From: a virus
IMG/VR virus record: IMGVR_UViG_3300008108_000034
Location: 15,320-79,319 of that record
Direction: 5' to 3' (one strand)
Length of the DNA: 64,000 nt
The position numbers were made by a program, and so were the translations under genes. The notes under the pieces were generated by a model. That model was not told the origin of the DNA, made no database searches, and worked only from the letters and a program-made list of their open reading frames with translations. Shown here in pieces: positions 1 through 9,532 of the stretch. The stretch's first letter is position 1. Each line of letters begins with the position of its first letter.

Positions 1-1
1 C

Positions 2-883
2 TATCTGAAACTAGATCAGAAACTCGAAGGACAGGATGTCAAGATTAAAAGCATATTCAACCCTTTGGACAAGGATCCGAGTCTTGTCGTATACGTCAAC
101 AGACGTTACAACGATTATTACTTCAGATGCTTTAGCACTGGTGTTGGTGGTAATGGAATCGAGCTTGTCAAGCTTGTTTGTGGACTGAGTTTCAGTGACG
201 CCGTTCGTCAGATAGTATCCGATTACCAGCAATACCTGGAAAACGGAGGATTGGAACAACAGATTGAATATGTGCCTCAGGAGAAATGGAGAATCGCACA
301 GATCAGTCGCAGGAACTGGAACAAGAACGATGTTGATTTCTGGAGTCCCTACAACATAGGTAGCAGGATACTGGAGAAATACAATGTGATTCCCGTATCA
401 AACTATGTGTTGCAGAGAGGTGATGAGACAAGGACGCTTGACAAGTCCATGGGTAAGGTTTATGCATACCGTACAGGTGAAAACGTGTACAAGATATATG
501 AACCCATGAACTCGGAAAGGAAGTTCACCACTTTCATGAACCATCTTCAAGGATGGGACCAGATACAAGGAAAGGATACCTTGTTCATATGCAGTTCCCT
601 CAAGGACGCGATGTCTTTGGACTCATTGGGTATCGATGCTGATTTCATAGCTCCCAGCAGCGAGAACGCCAACATAGAACCCATTATCGAATGGATAAGA
701 GATTATCCCAAAAAGTATGTTATATTTGACAACGATTCCACTGGATTGCGGATGATGCAGAGGTACGAGCAACAGTACGGGTTACCGTACATACACTTGG
801 AACTCAGCAAAGATGTCAGCGACTCGGTCAGGGATCACGGAGCAAGAGTAGTCAAATCGAACATAATATCACAAATACAATGA
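2..883 (+). CDS. DnaG-type (TOPRIM) primase, crAss-like; 5' end lies outside the window
   Basis: Frame is open from base 2 (YLKLDQKL...SIFNPLDKDPS). Degenerate CHC2-like N-terminus (FRCFSTG...F.DAV.QI). TOPRIM-like ICSSLKDAMSL, FDND and KDVSD motifs. Confidence 0.8.
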   Translation, partial: YLKLDQKLEGQDVKIKSIFNPLDKDPSLVVYVNRRYNDYYFRCFSTGVGGNGIELVKLVCGLSFSDAVRQIVSDYQQYLENGGLEQQIEYVPQEKWRIAQISRRNWNKNDVDFWSPYNIGSRILEKYNVIPVSNYVLQRGDETRTLDKSMGKVYAYRTGENVYKIYEPMNSERKFTTFMNHLQGWDQIQGKDTLFICSSLKDAMSLDSLGIDADFIAPSSENANIEPIIEWIRDYPKKYVIFDNDSTGLRMMQRYEQQYGLPYIHLELSKDVSDSVRDHGARVVKSNIISQIQ

Positions 884-1320
884 CACCAAAGCTGTTCTTC
901 ATACCGGGACCTGTTCCTTCGAGTAAGAACAGCAGGGTCATGACCAGGTCTGGTCTTTTCATTGCTAGTAAAGCAACACAAAAGTATCGCAAAACATCTG
1001 CAGCATACTGGCTCATGTACAAACCCGAATTCAAAGCGGAGTTGTCCAAGATGTCCAAACCTATAATAATAGGAATGCATTTTGTTCGAGGCAGTCGTCA
1101 CAAGTGGGATTTCATCAATCCAGCACAGACGATCCAGGACGAGATGACAAAAGCTGGATGGATTGACGATGACAATGTGGAAGAGATATTGCCTGTACCA
1201 CTTTACATAGACGGGAGTCCTTGGAGTTATGACAAGGATAAACCAGGTGTGTATATTGCAATCCTCGACTCTTTTTGTACAGAGATCGATAATCCAAATC
1301 CAAATGAAACCATTTCTTAG
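880..1320 (+). CDS. RusA-like Holliday junction resolvase
   Basis: PSSKNS N-terminal motif and WDFINPAQTIQD...GWIDDDN acidic pattern typical of RusA; located in the replication module. Confidence 0.7.
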   Translation: MTPKLFFIPGPVPSSKNSRVMTRSGLFIASKATQKYRKTSAAYWLMYKPEFKAELSKMSKPIIIGMHFVRGSRHKWDFINPAQTIQDEMTKAGWIDDDNVEEILPVPLYIDGSPWSYDKDKPGVYIAILDSFCTEIDNPNPNETIS

Positions 1321-2362
1321 CACTTATGAATTGGACCTCGTAGAGAGGTTGAAACTAGAAGACGAGTTCTTCGCACAAGGGTTCATGATGTCCTATAGCG
1401 GACTGAACAAACTCCTGTATAGTCCAGGTGCATTCTATCAGCATTACGTACTCAAGCAGCGGGATGACACCGTTGACAAAGGTATGGCTGAAGGACGCCT
1501 CATACACTGCATGCTTCTCACACCTGAAAAGTTCGATGACGAGTTTGTGGTGATACCCAACAGTTTTCCAAGTGAGAATCCAAAACGTGTGATGGAGAGG
1601 TTGCACGCGCACATTACCGAATCGTATCCGCAAATCATGGACACTCGTGAAAGCATGATTCCTCATCTGAAAAATGTGGAGAATGCGGTTCTTGACATCC
1701 TCAAGGACGAGAACCTGCATCAGACACTCAAGACTGACCAGCAGCGTTTGGACAGGATGCTCACTGAAAAGAACATGGAGTATCTTGACTTCATGCTCAA
1801 GAAGAACGGACGAATCGTCGTTGACAAGTCAATGGTTGATTTTGCAACACGTCTGAAAGAGACATTCATGAACAACAATCAGATGAGGGAACTCATGGGG
1901 ATGAATGACGTATCCTGGATGCAGGTCTACAATGAGGTTGAACTCGCGATGTTTCCGACCATGTTTGAATTCGGCATCAGAGGTATCATTGACAATCTTG
2001 TGATTGACCACAAGGAGCAGGTAATACGGGTAAATGATTTGAAGAAGACTTCCAAACCCTTGTCATTGTTTCCTGAGACCATGGAGTATTACAGCTATTG
2101 GTTGCAAGCCGCGATATACAGGATGATTGTGAACCATGTGAAAAATGAAACCTACAAGGTGGATTATCCCGTTGAAGTGAGGTTTCTGGTCATCGACCCC
2201 TACATGCAGATGGCTCCTTTCAAGATATCGGATATCAGCATGGAGAAATACATGGTAAGGACAATAGAAGCGCTTACAAAGGCGAACTCGCACTTTGTCC
2301 AGAAGGATTTCAGTGCGCCTTATGAATTACTAATTTCTGCAAACAGGGAGTTTGAAGTATGA
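1304..2362 (+). CDS. PD-(D/E)XK exonuclease (RecE/DUF3799-like)
   Basis: SYSGLNKL, GRLIH, E...RGIIDNL...DLKKT and YWLQAAIY motifs. Start placed at ATG 1304 (A-rich context) rather than 1229. Confidence 0.8.
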   Translation: MKPFLSTYELDLVERLKLEDEFFAQGFMMSYSGLNKLLYSPGAFYQHYVLKQRDDTVDKGMAEGRLIHCMLLTPEKFDDEFVVIPNSFPSENPKRVMERLHAHITESYPQIMDTRESMIPHLKNVENAVLDILKDENLHQTLKTDQQRLDRMLTEKNMEYLDFMLKKNGRIVVDKSMVDFATRLKETFMNNNQMRELMGMNDVSWMQVYNEVELAMFPTMFEFGIRGIIDNLVIDHKEQVIRVNDLKKTSKPLSLFPETMEYYSYWLQAAIYRMIVNHVKNETYKVDYPVEVRFLVIDPYMQMAPFKISDISMEKYMVRTIEALTKANSHFVQKDFSAPYELLISANREFEV

Positions 2363-2994
2363 GTTATAAACTCAAGAAACTCTATAACCGTTATTTCCAG
2401 AAATCACGGAGCTTTCTGGTTCCCGTTTTGGGAATCAAACGTGAGACAAAATATCCTTTCATGCAATCGTATGTTGCATGGGAGGATGTTTATTCACGCG
2501 ATCACCAAAAACTTGTGCTTACTTACGCCAGACGTGAGTATGACAGCGGATGGGATGATCATTTGCTACTTGAACTGATGGCAAGCAAAATGTTCGATGA
2601 ATATCATGAGATTGATGAGGATACTGTCGCAGTATCGTTTGATCTCAACTGCATCGAACAAGACTACATGTATTTTCTCAATGGAACCTACAGTAAACTG
2701 GGTAGGATCGTAAAACAGAGGATACGGGATTACTACGGACCGAACAGTCCCGAATGGGTGTATATGGAAACGTTCCTATTTCCAGCAAAACACACCAAAA
2801 TGTACAGCTATCTGCTGGACGTTGACGAGGAACATATTAAATTTACCGGCGAATTGTGTGATAAACCCAATTTTGAACTTGAAACACTCAAACTAAGAAA
2901 AAATGCAAAAATCAATGATGTGCATCCACTCATCGTGGAACCAAGGAAAGACATTCAGGATGATTCCCGTACACGTGGACTGTCCGTACAATGA
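2359..2994 (+). CDS. hypothetical phage protein
   Basis: 211-aa ORF with ATGA coupling to the upstream gene. Confidence 0.7.
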   Translation: MSYKLKKLYNRYFQKSRSFLVPVLGIKRETKYPFMQSYVAWEDVYSRDHQKLVLTYARREYDSGWDDHLLLELMASKMFDEYHEIDEDTVAVSFDLNCIEQDYMYFLNGTYSKLGRIVKQRIRDYYGPNSPEWVYMETFLFPAKHTKMYSYLLDVDEEHIKFTGELCDKPNFELETLKLRKNAKINDVHPLIVEPRKDIQDDSRTRGLSVQ

Positions 2995-3292
2995 AGTCAT
3001 TTATGACGCTGATCAGCATGTGCTTGCTGTAATCGGAAAGGAATGCAAGGAATCGTTTCAGCTTGTTCCAAAGATGACTGAAAAAGGTGATCCGTCCTAT
3101 CTTCCAAAACCCCGTATGAACGGTAAGAACTATGCTGAAGAACGCAGGGTATTGGATACATGGTACGAATACTATATCGAAACCTATGAAGACATGTGTG
3201 CTTTCATAGAGTATTTCGCAGTCAATGAAGGGTTTGATTATAAACAATACATCAAACAGAAACAAGCAATAGAACCACCTATAAACATATGA
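2903..3292 (+). CDS. hypothetical phage protein
   Basis: 129-aa ORF with A-rich start context; its stop overlaps the polymerase start (ATGA). Confidence 0.7.
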   Translation: MQKSMMCIHSSWNQGKTFRMIPVHVDCPYNEVIYDADQHVLAVIGKECKESFQLVPKMTEKGDPSYLPKPRMNGKNYAEERRVLDTWYEYYIETYEDMCAFIEYFAVNEGFDYKQYIKQKQAIEPPINI

Positions 3293-5214
3293 ATGTAAAA
3301 CACTGGGTGTATGACCTGGAGACCCTGATGAATTGTTTCATCGGGGTCTTCGAGTCTTATGCTGGAACCGAAAGAAAGGTGTTTGTGATCCATCCTCTTA
3401 AGAATGATCTGGATGAATTTCTTGTCTTTTTGGATCAATGCAAAAAGAACAAGACATGGATGTTCGGATTCAACAACATCGCATTTGACGCTCAGATTAT
3501 TGAGCATATCATGCGCAATAGAAGCACCCTGAAGGGAAAATCAGCGGAAGAGGTTGCTGGATTCATTTATGCATACGCCCAGAAGACAATTGAAAAATCC
3601 AATAGCGGGGATTTCAGTGACTATCCTGAGTGGAAGTTGAGCATGCCACAAGTGGACATATTCAAGCTTAATCACTGGGACAGTGAAGCGAAGAAATGCG
3701 GACTCAAGTGGGTTCAGTACAGCATGGACTGGTACAATGTCGAGGAGATGCCTCATCCGCACTACAAACCTGTCAATGGAATGGATGCATTGAACAAGGT
3801 GATTGCTTATTGTATCAATGACGTATCCAGTACAAAGGCGATATTCCTGCAAGATGACATGAAGAAACAGATAAAGCTTCGTGCAAAACTGAGCAAGGAA
3901 TATGGACTCAATCTGTATTCAGCCAGTGAACCGCGTATCAGCAAGGAGATGTTCATCCACTTCCTCAGTGAGAAGTTGGGAACGGACAAGAAGTCCATAA
4001 AAGGACTGAGGACAGTTCGTGACAGCGTGAATGTCAATGAGTTAATACTTCCTTACATTGAATTCACCACACCCCCGTTTGTAAACATGCTCTGCTGGTT
4101 CAAGAAAATGAACATCAAGATCACCGAAGGTAAGATGAAAGGTCCACAGCATATCATGAAAACATATGGTGTGGATACTGTCTATGCTCTGGGTGGTATT
4201 CATGGTTGTACCAAGCCTGGCATCTACAAAAGCGACGAAACTCATGTAATAGTAACGGCAGACGTCACTAGTTTCTATCCGAACCTGGCTATCCGCAACG
4301 GTTGGTCTCCTGCGCACATACCTCAGGAACAGTTCTGTGAGTTGTATGAATGGTTCTTTGAGGAACGTAAGAAGTATAGCAAGAAGGACCCGCTGAACTA
4401 CCTGTTCAAGATTATCCTGAATTCAACCTATGGTCTGAGCAAGAACAAGCATAGTTTCCTGTATGACCCTGAGCTTACCTTCAGGATCACTGTCAATGGT
4501 CAGCTTCTGTTGAGCAAGTTGTACGAAATGGTGATGCTGGCGATCCCAGATGCACAACCGATTATGCAAAATACCGACGGATTGGAGTTTCGAATGTGCA
4601 AAAAGGACCAAGAGGTCTTTGAAAGAGTGTGTAAAGAGTGGGAGACTCTCACCAGTCTCCAGCTGGAATGCGACACCTATGAGAAGATGATCATCGCAGA
4701 CGTCAACAACTATATCGCCGTGTATGGAAAAGGAAAGGAACCCAAATGCAAAGGCAGGTTTGAATGGAAAGACCTTGCGTTGCATAAGAACAAGAGTTTC
4801 CTAGTGGTTTCCAAGGCGTTATACGAATATTTTGTCAACGGGGTAAAACCTGAAGACTACCTGGAAAGCAACCAGAACATATTCGATTACTGCGGAGGTG
4901 CCAAAATCAGGGGTGAATGGTACTTTGTACAGCGGCATATCCTTAACGGCGAATACAAAGAGGAGAAACTCCAGAAACTGGTCAGGTATTACATATCCGA
5001 GAACGGTGTCAAACTGTTCAAATGTAACCCTGACGGACGGGAAATCCAATTGGAGTCAGGACACTGGCTTCAGACCGTATTCAACCGTCATTTGGAGCAG
5101 CCGTTTGAAAAATACCGCATTGATAAAAGGTACTATCTTGACCAGATTTATCAGGAAATAGCTAATATTGAGGGAACAAAAGCATCACAGGCACAAACAT
5201 CATTATTCCAATGA
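3289..5214 (+). CDS. polB: family B DNA polymerase with 3'-5' exonuclease domain
   Basis: ExoI YDLET, ExoII FNNIAFD, ExoIII YCIND; polymerase motif A DVTSFYPN, motif B KIILNSTYG, motif C NTDG. Confidence 0.93.
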   Translation: MNVKHWVYDLETLMNCFIGVFESYAGTERKVFVIHPLKNDLDEFLVFLDQCKKNKTWMFGFNNIAFDAQIIEHIMRNRSTLKGKSAEEVAGFIYAYAQKTIEKSNSGDFSDYPEWKLSMPQVDIFKLNHWDSEAKKCGLKWVQYSMDWYNVEEMPHPHYKPVNGMDALNKVIAYCINDVSSTKAIFLQDDMKKQIKLRAKLSKEYGLNLYSASEPRISKEMFIHFLSEKLGTDKKSIKGLRTVRDSVNVNELILPYIEFTTPPFVNMLCWFKKMNIKITEGKMKGPQHIMKTYGVDTVYALGGIHGCTKPGIYKSDETHVIVTADVTSFYPNLAIRNGWSPAHIPQEQFCELYEWFFEERKKYSKKDPLNYLFKIILNSTYGLSKNKHSFLYDPELTFRITVNGQLLLSKLYEMVMLAIPDAQPIMQNTDGLEFRMCKKDQEVFERVCKEWETLTSLQLECDTYEKMIIADVNNYIAVYGKGKEPKCKGRFEWKDLALHKNKSFLVVSKALYEYFVNGVKPEDYLESNQNIFDYCGGAKIRGEWYFVQRHILNGEYKEEKLQKLVRYYISENGVKLFKCNPDGREIQLESGHWLQTVFNRHLEQPFEKYRIDKRYYLDQIYQEIANIEGTKASQAQTSLFQ

Positions 5215-5405
5215 GCAAGACAATTATTGATCGAGTGGTTGAACAAATCACCGATGACATATGTAACTACAACGATACAACAGCACTGGAGGAACTTCTG
5301 GTGCTGTTGTATAATAAAAAGACGCACGAATATTTCAAAGGTTATCTTCCCGAGGAAGAATGGGGAGATTACGATAGTTTCTCTGATATAATAAGTTTCA
5401 CGTAA
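5211..5405 (+). CDS. small acidic hypothetical protein
   Basis: 64-aa ORF with ATGA coupling to polB. Confidence 0.6.
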   Translation: MSKTIIDRVVEQITDDICNYNDTTALEELLVLLYNKKTHEYFKGYLPEEEWGDYDSFSDIISFT

Positions 5406-5416
5406 AACAAAAAGAC

Positions 5417-5797
5417 ATGTCAAAGCTGAATGACTTAAGGGATGTAATACATCTCACCGCTAGAAGAAAAGGATTCTGGGACAATGACCGCAATCTTGGA
5501 GAGATGCTGATGTTGGTTGTAACCGAGTTATCAGAAGCGATGGAGACACATCGCAAGGACGGATCAATCATACCGATAAGCAATGAGATAAAGGAAGCGA
5601 TGGCTGAGATGAGTGACGAGGAGTTCAAGGAGCACTTTGTACTTGTTGCCAAAGACACCTTTGCAGACGAGATGGCGGACGCCTTGATCAGGATCATGGA
5701 CATCTGCGGGGGTTTGCATATCGACATTGACTGGCATGTCAAAAACAAAATACGTTATAACACCACAAGGGAAAGACTACATGGAAAGCGTTACTGA
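5417..5797 (+). CDS. MazG-like NTP pyrophosphohydrolase
   Basis: LVVTELSEAME...DEMADALIRIMD acidic helices and a KIRYN..R...HGKRY C-terminus. Confidence 0.8.
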   Translation: MSKLNDLRDVIHLTARRKGFWDNDRNLGEMLMLVVTELSEAMETHRKDGSIIPISNEIKEAMAEMSDEEFKEHFVLVAKDTFADEMADALIRIMDICGGLHIDIDWHVKNKIRYNTTRERLHGKRY

Positions 5798-6071
5798 ATC
5801 GACAACCGAATTGATCATCAAGGTCTGTGACGACCTGAAAGCCATGCTTTTGGACAAGAACATGAAGTATGGTGATTCCGTACATCAATCGGGTCCGCTT
5901 TTCGACGTGGATCCTGTCATAGGAATCCAGTCAAGGATAAACGACAAGCTTCGCAGGATACAGAATGTCGGTATAAACAACGATACTGAAGACAGTATAA
6001 ATGATCTGATAGGATATCTCGTACACCTGAAGATCGCAATGCAGAAGAAAAGAGGAGTCCCCATCTTCTAA
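5781..6071 (+). CDS. DUF1599/Nmad1-like (MazG-superfamily, nucleotide-modification-associated) protein
   Basis: KNMKYGDS...RINDKLRRI...DSINDLIGY pattern; start placed at ATG 5781. Confidence 0.7.
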   Translation: MESVTESTTELIIKVCDDLKAMLLDKNMKYGDSVHQSGPLFDVDPVIGIQSRINDKLRRIQNVGINNDTEDSINDLIGYLVHLKIAMQKKRGVPIF

Positions 6072-6107
6072 AATGGAAACCCCCGCAGCCAAACCAACTG
6101 CGGGGGT
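6070..6107 (-). terminator. intrinsic terminator between the convergent replication and structural modules
   Basis: Perfect 10-bp inverted repeat ACCCCCGCAG (6079-6088) / CTGCGGGGGT (6098-6107), followed on the - strand by TTCCATTTT. Confidence 0.8.
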
Positions 6108-6132
6108 AACTCCAAACAAACAACCCAAACAA

Positions 6133-8334
6133 TCAGGGTATTCTTACAGCACCTATTGAATTGGTGGTCTGATCATGATACAGGTAAGTTCCTGTAGTTG
6201 CTCCAGGTGCCACAATCACAGCTGCGGCTGCAGCATAGTTCAAATAACTTGGAAGACAGTCATTGGAGATGATTGTGGAGTTTGGAATATTATTGTTTGC
6301 ACCTACAGCGTTACCTAAAGCTATCACATAATTCGCAGTGTTGACTTGTGCAGCACCTGAACCAAGTGCAACCACATAATCACCAGTGTTTCCAGCTCCA
6401 GCTAATACACCTACGGCATGAAGCTTGTCTCCAGTGTTCGCATTACCTGCGCTTTTACCTATTGCGACAACATCGACTCCTGAGTTGTTGAAACCCGCAC
6501 CTTGTCCAATGAGTGTGGCGTCAGCACCTGTCTGGTTCTGACCTGCGGTTTCACCAATGGCAATCGCATCACTTGCAGTGTTACCTGATAGTGCGTTGTT
6601 ACCGATTGCCACTACATCACTACCTGTGTTGTTCAATGCTGCACTGTTACCAAGTGCAACAACATCGATTCCAGAGTTCACACCTGCAGCATCAGTACCC
6701 AGTCCAATTACGTCATTTGCACCAGTATTGGACTCACCTGCATCTGTTCCAATGAACAACAATCCATTTGCGATTGACTTGCTGGTATCAAGAACCTGCT
6801 GGATTCCACAGCATGGATCAAGTGTGGATTCGTAAATGATGTTTGCAGCCAAAGGAATGGTTGCAGGAGCGGCACTTGCCCAAATGTAACTCAAAGGATT
6901 GATGATCGCTGCAGCATCCACAGCTGGATCATTACCAAAATCAACTGTCCTGAAATGCCAGTTGATGTCTCCAACATTTCTGAAACGCGCAAGAGTGTTT
7001 GTAGCGAGGGGAAGTGTCGGAGTAGTCGGATAGCTGGATGAGAAATAGATGTTGTTCAATTCAATTGTAGGAACTTGTCCGACAATGGATGGTGTATACT
7101 GTTCCGCATTGATCAATCCCTGATTGAATCCGAAAGATGACGCAGTGTTGCAATATATCGTATCAACAATGTATCTCACATTATCGCGCGCATAGATGGA
7201 TATGAGGGATTTGTTCCATCCTACAAATGAACCGCTCTTGGTGAACATCGTATTTACGATCTTGCAAGCTCTGTTTTCCAAAGGACTTGTTATCGGAGAA
7301 CTATCTACAATGATACCTTCTTCCAGAGTAACATTTATTGAATTTATGGATGTGTTTTGAATCAGTGCGTTGTTGCAATTCAAAACCTTCACATATGCGA
7401 CATTGGGAGCAATGCTTGCGCTGACCGCAGTAACCTGATCAATGACAATATTGTCACATCCTGTTGCAGGACTTGAACCTGTCCATCCGCCTTCCTTGGC
7501 AAGGATACCGCATGTTTCAACATCACTGATGTTTATTTTGCTCACTTTCACACTTTCACACCATTCAAGACGTATACCGATGTCAAAACTGGACAGCGTG
7601 ATGTTTTCAATCATGCTGTTGGTTGTCGCACCTAGCGTTAAAAATGAGTATCCGCTTCCTTGCCAGACTCCACCGATTCCTTTTGCTGAAAAGTTCTTGA
7701 ATATGATTTGGTAGTCCTTGCTGCTGTTTGCACTTGATTGATCAACAAAGTACCTATTGAAGAAATCAAACTGGTTGGTATTCGCTTTTCTGATGTAGGC
7801 ACCATTGCCGTCAATTGAAAGGAAACCTTCACCATACGAAGAAGTGGGAACAGGAAGTTCAACAGTTCTTGTCAACCAGTAACTCTTGGGTTCTAAAACC
7901 ACAGAAGTGATTGGACCTGTCCAAGAAACTACCAGATTATTGACGGTATCCTGAACTAACTTCATAGCATACCTGATCGCAGTGGTATCATAGTTATCAC
8001 TTGTAGTGGCAAAACCTGTTCCATATCTGCTGTCAAGTGTTGCTTGGTTCACTCCAAGTTGTGCGAAGGTGTTTGGAGGAACAGTTCCTTCATTTTGACA
8101 ACCGAACCAGGATACGTTCAAAGGTCCATCAAACACACGAATCCAATATCCAGTGCTGCTGTTGATCGGCTTGATTCTAATACCTGGAATATTGGTGATT
8201 ATTGAGTTGTTCACACCTCCTACCCAGCGGAAGATACCGCCACCGGTGGTGGTGTTGCTATCAAATGAACCTATTACATGTGACGCATAGGTTGTGACGT
8301 TTTGTAACGCCCAGAAATTATTGTAGAATGCCAT
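6133..8334 (-). CDS. tail spike/fibre: right-handed beta-helix (pectate-lyase-like) plus YadA-head-like repeats
   Basis: GGGIFRW...GYWIR...LNVSWFG...DTTAI N-terminal tailspike pattern, beta-helix repeats, and C-terminal 16-aa VVA(L/I)G..A...N repeats. Confidence 0.75.
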   Translation of the reverse strand: MAFYNNFWALQNVTTYASHVIGSFDSNTTTGGGIFRWVGGVNNSIITNIPGIRIKPINSSTGYWIRVFDGPLNVSWFGCQNEGTVPPNTFAQLGVNQATLDSRYGTGFATTSDNYDTTAIRYAMKLVQDTVNNLVVSWTGPITSVVLEPKSYWLTRTVELPVPTSSYGEGFLSIDGNGAYIRKANTNQFDFFNRYFVDQSSANSSKDYQIIFKNFSAKGIGGVWQGSGYSFLTLGATTNSMIENITLSSFDIGIRLEWCESVKVSKINISDVETCGILAKEGGWTGSSPATGCDNIVIDQVTAVSASIAPNVAYVKVLNCNNALIQNTSINSINVTLEEGIIVDSSPITSPLENRACKIVNTMFTKSGSFVGWNKSLISIYARDNVRYIVDTIYCNTASSFGFNQGLINAEQYTPSIVGQVPTIELNNIYFSSSYPTTPTLPLATNTLARFRNVGDINWHFRTVDFGNDPAVDAAAIINPLSYIWASAAPATIPLAANIIYESTLDPCCGIQQVLDTSKSIANGLLFIGTDAGESNTGANDVIGLGTDAAGVNSGIDVVALGNSAALNNTGSDVVAIGNNALSGNTASDAIAIGETAGQNQTGADATLIGQGAGFNNSGVDVVAIGKSAGNANTGDKLHAVGVLAGAGNTGDYVVALGSGAAQVNTANYVIALGNAVGANNNIPNSTIISNDCLPSYLNYAAAAAVIVAPGATTGTYLYHDQTTNSIGAVRIP
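6290..6770 (-). repeat. about 10 degenerate 48-bp (16-aa) coding repeats, YadA/Hep_Hag-head-like
   Basis: e.g. SGIDVVALGNSAALNN, TGSDVVAIGNNALSGN, SGVDVVAIGKSAGNAN, TGDYVVALGSGAAQVN. Confidence 0.85.
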
Positions 8335-8337
8335 TTT

Positions 8338-9531
8338 TTATAAGTATTTGTTGTTTAGATATAATGAGTCTGTAAGAATGATTTTCGAGTCATCAAAGAA
8401 TTCAGCATAACGGTGACGGGGAATCAAACCTCCGTACCACCTGGATGCATTGAATATGTTTCTTCCGTCATAGACTTCCTTGAACTCCCAGGTAACCACA
8501 TCACTAAGTGGTGTCACCGGACAATTCACACCTGCTGGTATGCCACCTTCGGTTTTGAAGATTCCACTGTTCGGTATCCATGGAAGATTTTCCACATATA
8601 GATGAGGATTTGGAGAACCTGTTGCAGTATGAGCGTTTGCTTCAACAACAACCATTCCAGGGGTTGAGTTTCCTCCTGTTCCTGTGATGTATAGACCATC
8701 GATCTTTGCAAAACCAGTGGCAAGTCTCATGTAAACGACAGCTCCTGTCAAAAGAGCGGTTGGATTCACAGATCCAAATGCGCTGAAGTTACGTATTTGA
8801 AGGTTGTTTACTACGTTCGGTACTCCTGCAGATGCACCAGAATCACAGTATATCCCGTACAACATCTCCACAGGAGTCCTGCACTCATAGTATGCGATGT
8901 TCTGAGCATAAAATGATTTGAAACCTATGGCTCCTGTTGCAGCTGTTGCAAGAGGTGTCATCACACAATTCTGATATGTCACATTGTTGCATCTGGTGAA
9001 GAAATTAGCTACTGCTGGATCGACTGTTGTCTCAAATCCGATCAGTGTTATGTCTTTCGCACTGCAATCGCGTATGAATGCTCCGTTTACGTTTGCCAAC
9101 ATCAAACCTTTCTTGGCATTGTTGAACCTGCAGTTTTCAAACACCACGTTTGATGCATTGAACAACTGAACACAGATCATATCAGAATACCTGCAGTCGA
9201 AGTTTATGTTCTTGAAGATGATCGAACATGATTTGTTGTCAGTGGGACTGTTCCTTTTGATCAAAGGTTGATCTGTTCCAAATCCCGCGGAAGTGTTTGG
9301 ACGTATTGTGACACCATTACCATCAATGATGAGGGTTTTGGTCAATAGTCCTGTGAAATCATCAGGTATTACCAAGGTGCTTGCAAGTTCGAGTACATCG
9401 GCTCCAACACCTGGAGCACCTGCGGTCTGCTCTATGCTGATGGTTGTATAGTCAATGTTGCTATTTGCAGTGTTTGCAACGGCATTTACGAAAGTTGTGG
9501 CGTTTGTAGCCACATATTTGTTTACAGACAT
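8338..9531 (-). CDS. beta-helix tail spike-like protein, paralogue of 6133-8334
   Basis: IIDGNGVTIR, IIFKNINF and NVVFENCRF beta-helix repeats, with similar segments in the neighbouring gene. Confidence 0.7.
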   Translation of the reverse strand: MSVNKYVATNATTFVNAVANTANSNIDYTTISIEQTAGAPGVGADVLELASTLVIPDDFTGLLTKTLIIDGNGVTIRPNTSAGFGTDQPLIKRNSPTDNKSCSIIFKNINFDCRYSDMICVQLFNASNVVFENCRFNNAKKGLMLANVNGAFIRDCSAKDITLIGFETTVDPAVANFFTRCNNVTYQNCVMTPLATAATGAIGFKSFYAQNIAYYECRTPVEMLYGIYCDSGASAGVPNVVNNLQIRNFSAFGSVNPTALLTGAVVYMRLATGFAKIDGLYITGTGGNSTPGMVVVEANAHTATGSPNPHLYVENLPWIPNSGIFKTEGGIPAGVNCPVTPLSDVVTWEFKEVYDGRNIFNASRWYGGLIPRHRYAEFFDDSKIILTDSLYLNNKYL

Positions 9532-9532
9532 G

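Noticed and set aside
1304-2362. Cas4/CRISPR adaptation gene
   Set aside because: Lacks the Fe-S cysteine cluster and there is no array or other cas gene; it fits a phage recombination exonuclease.
11-6132. - strand ORFs over the replication module
   Set aside because: Antisense shadows of well-supported + strand genes.
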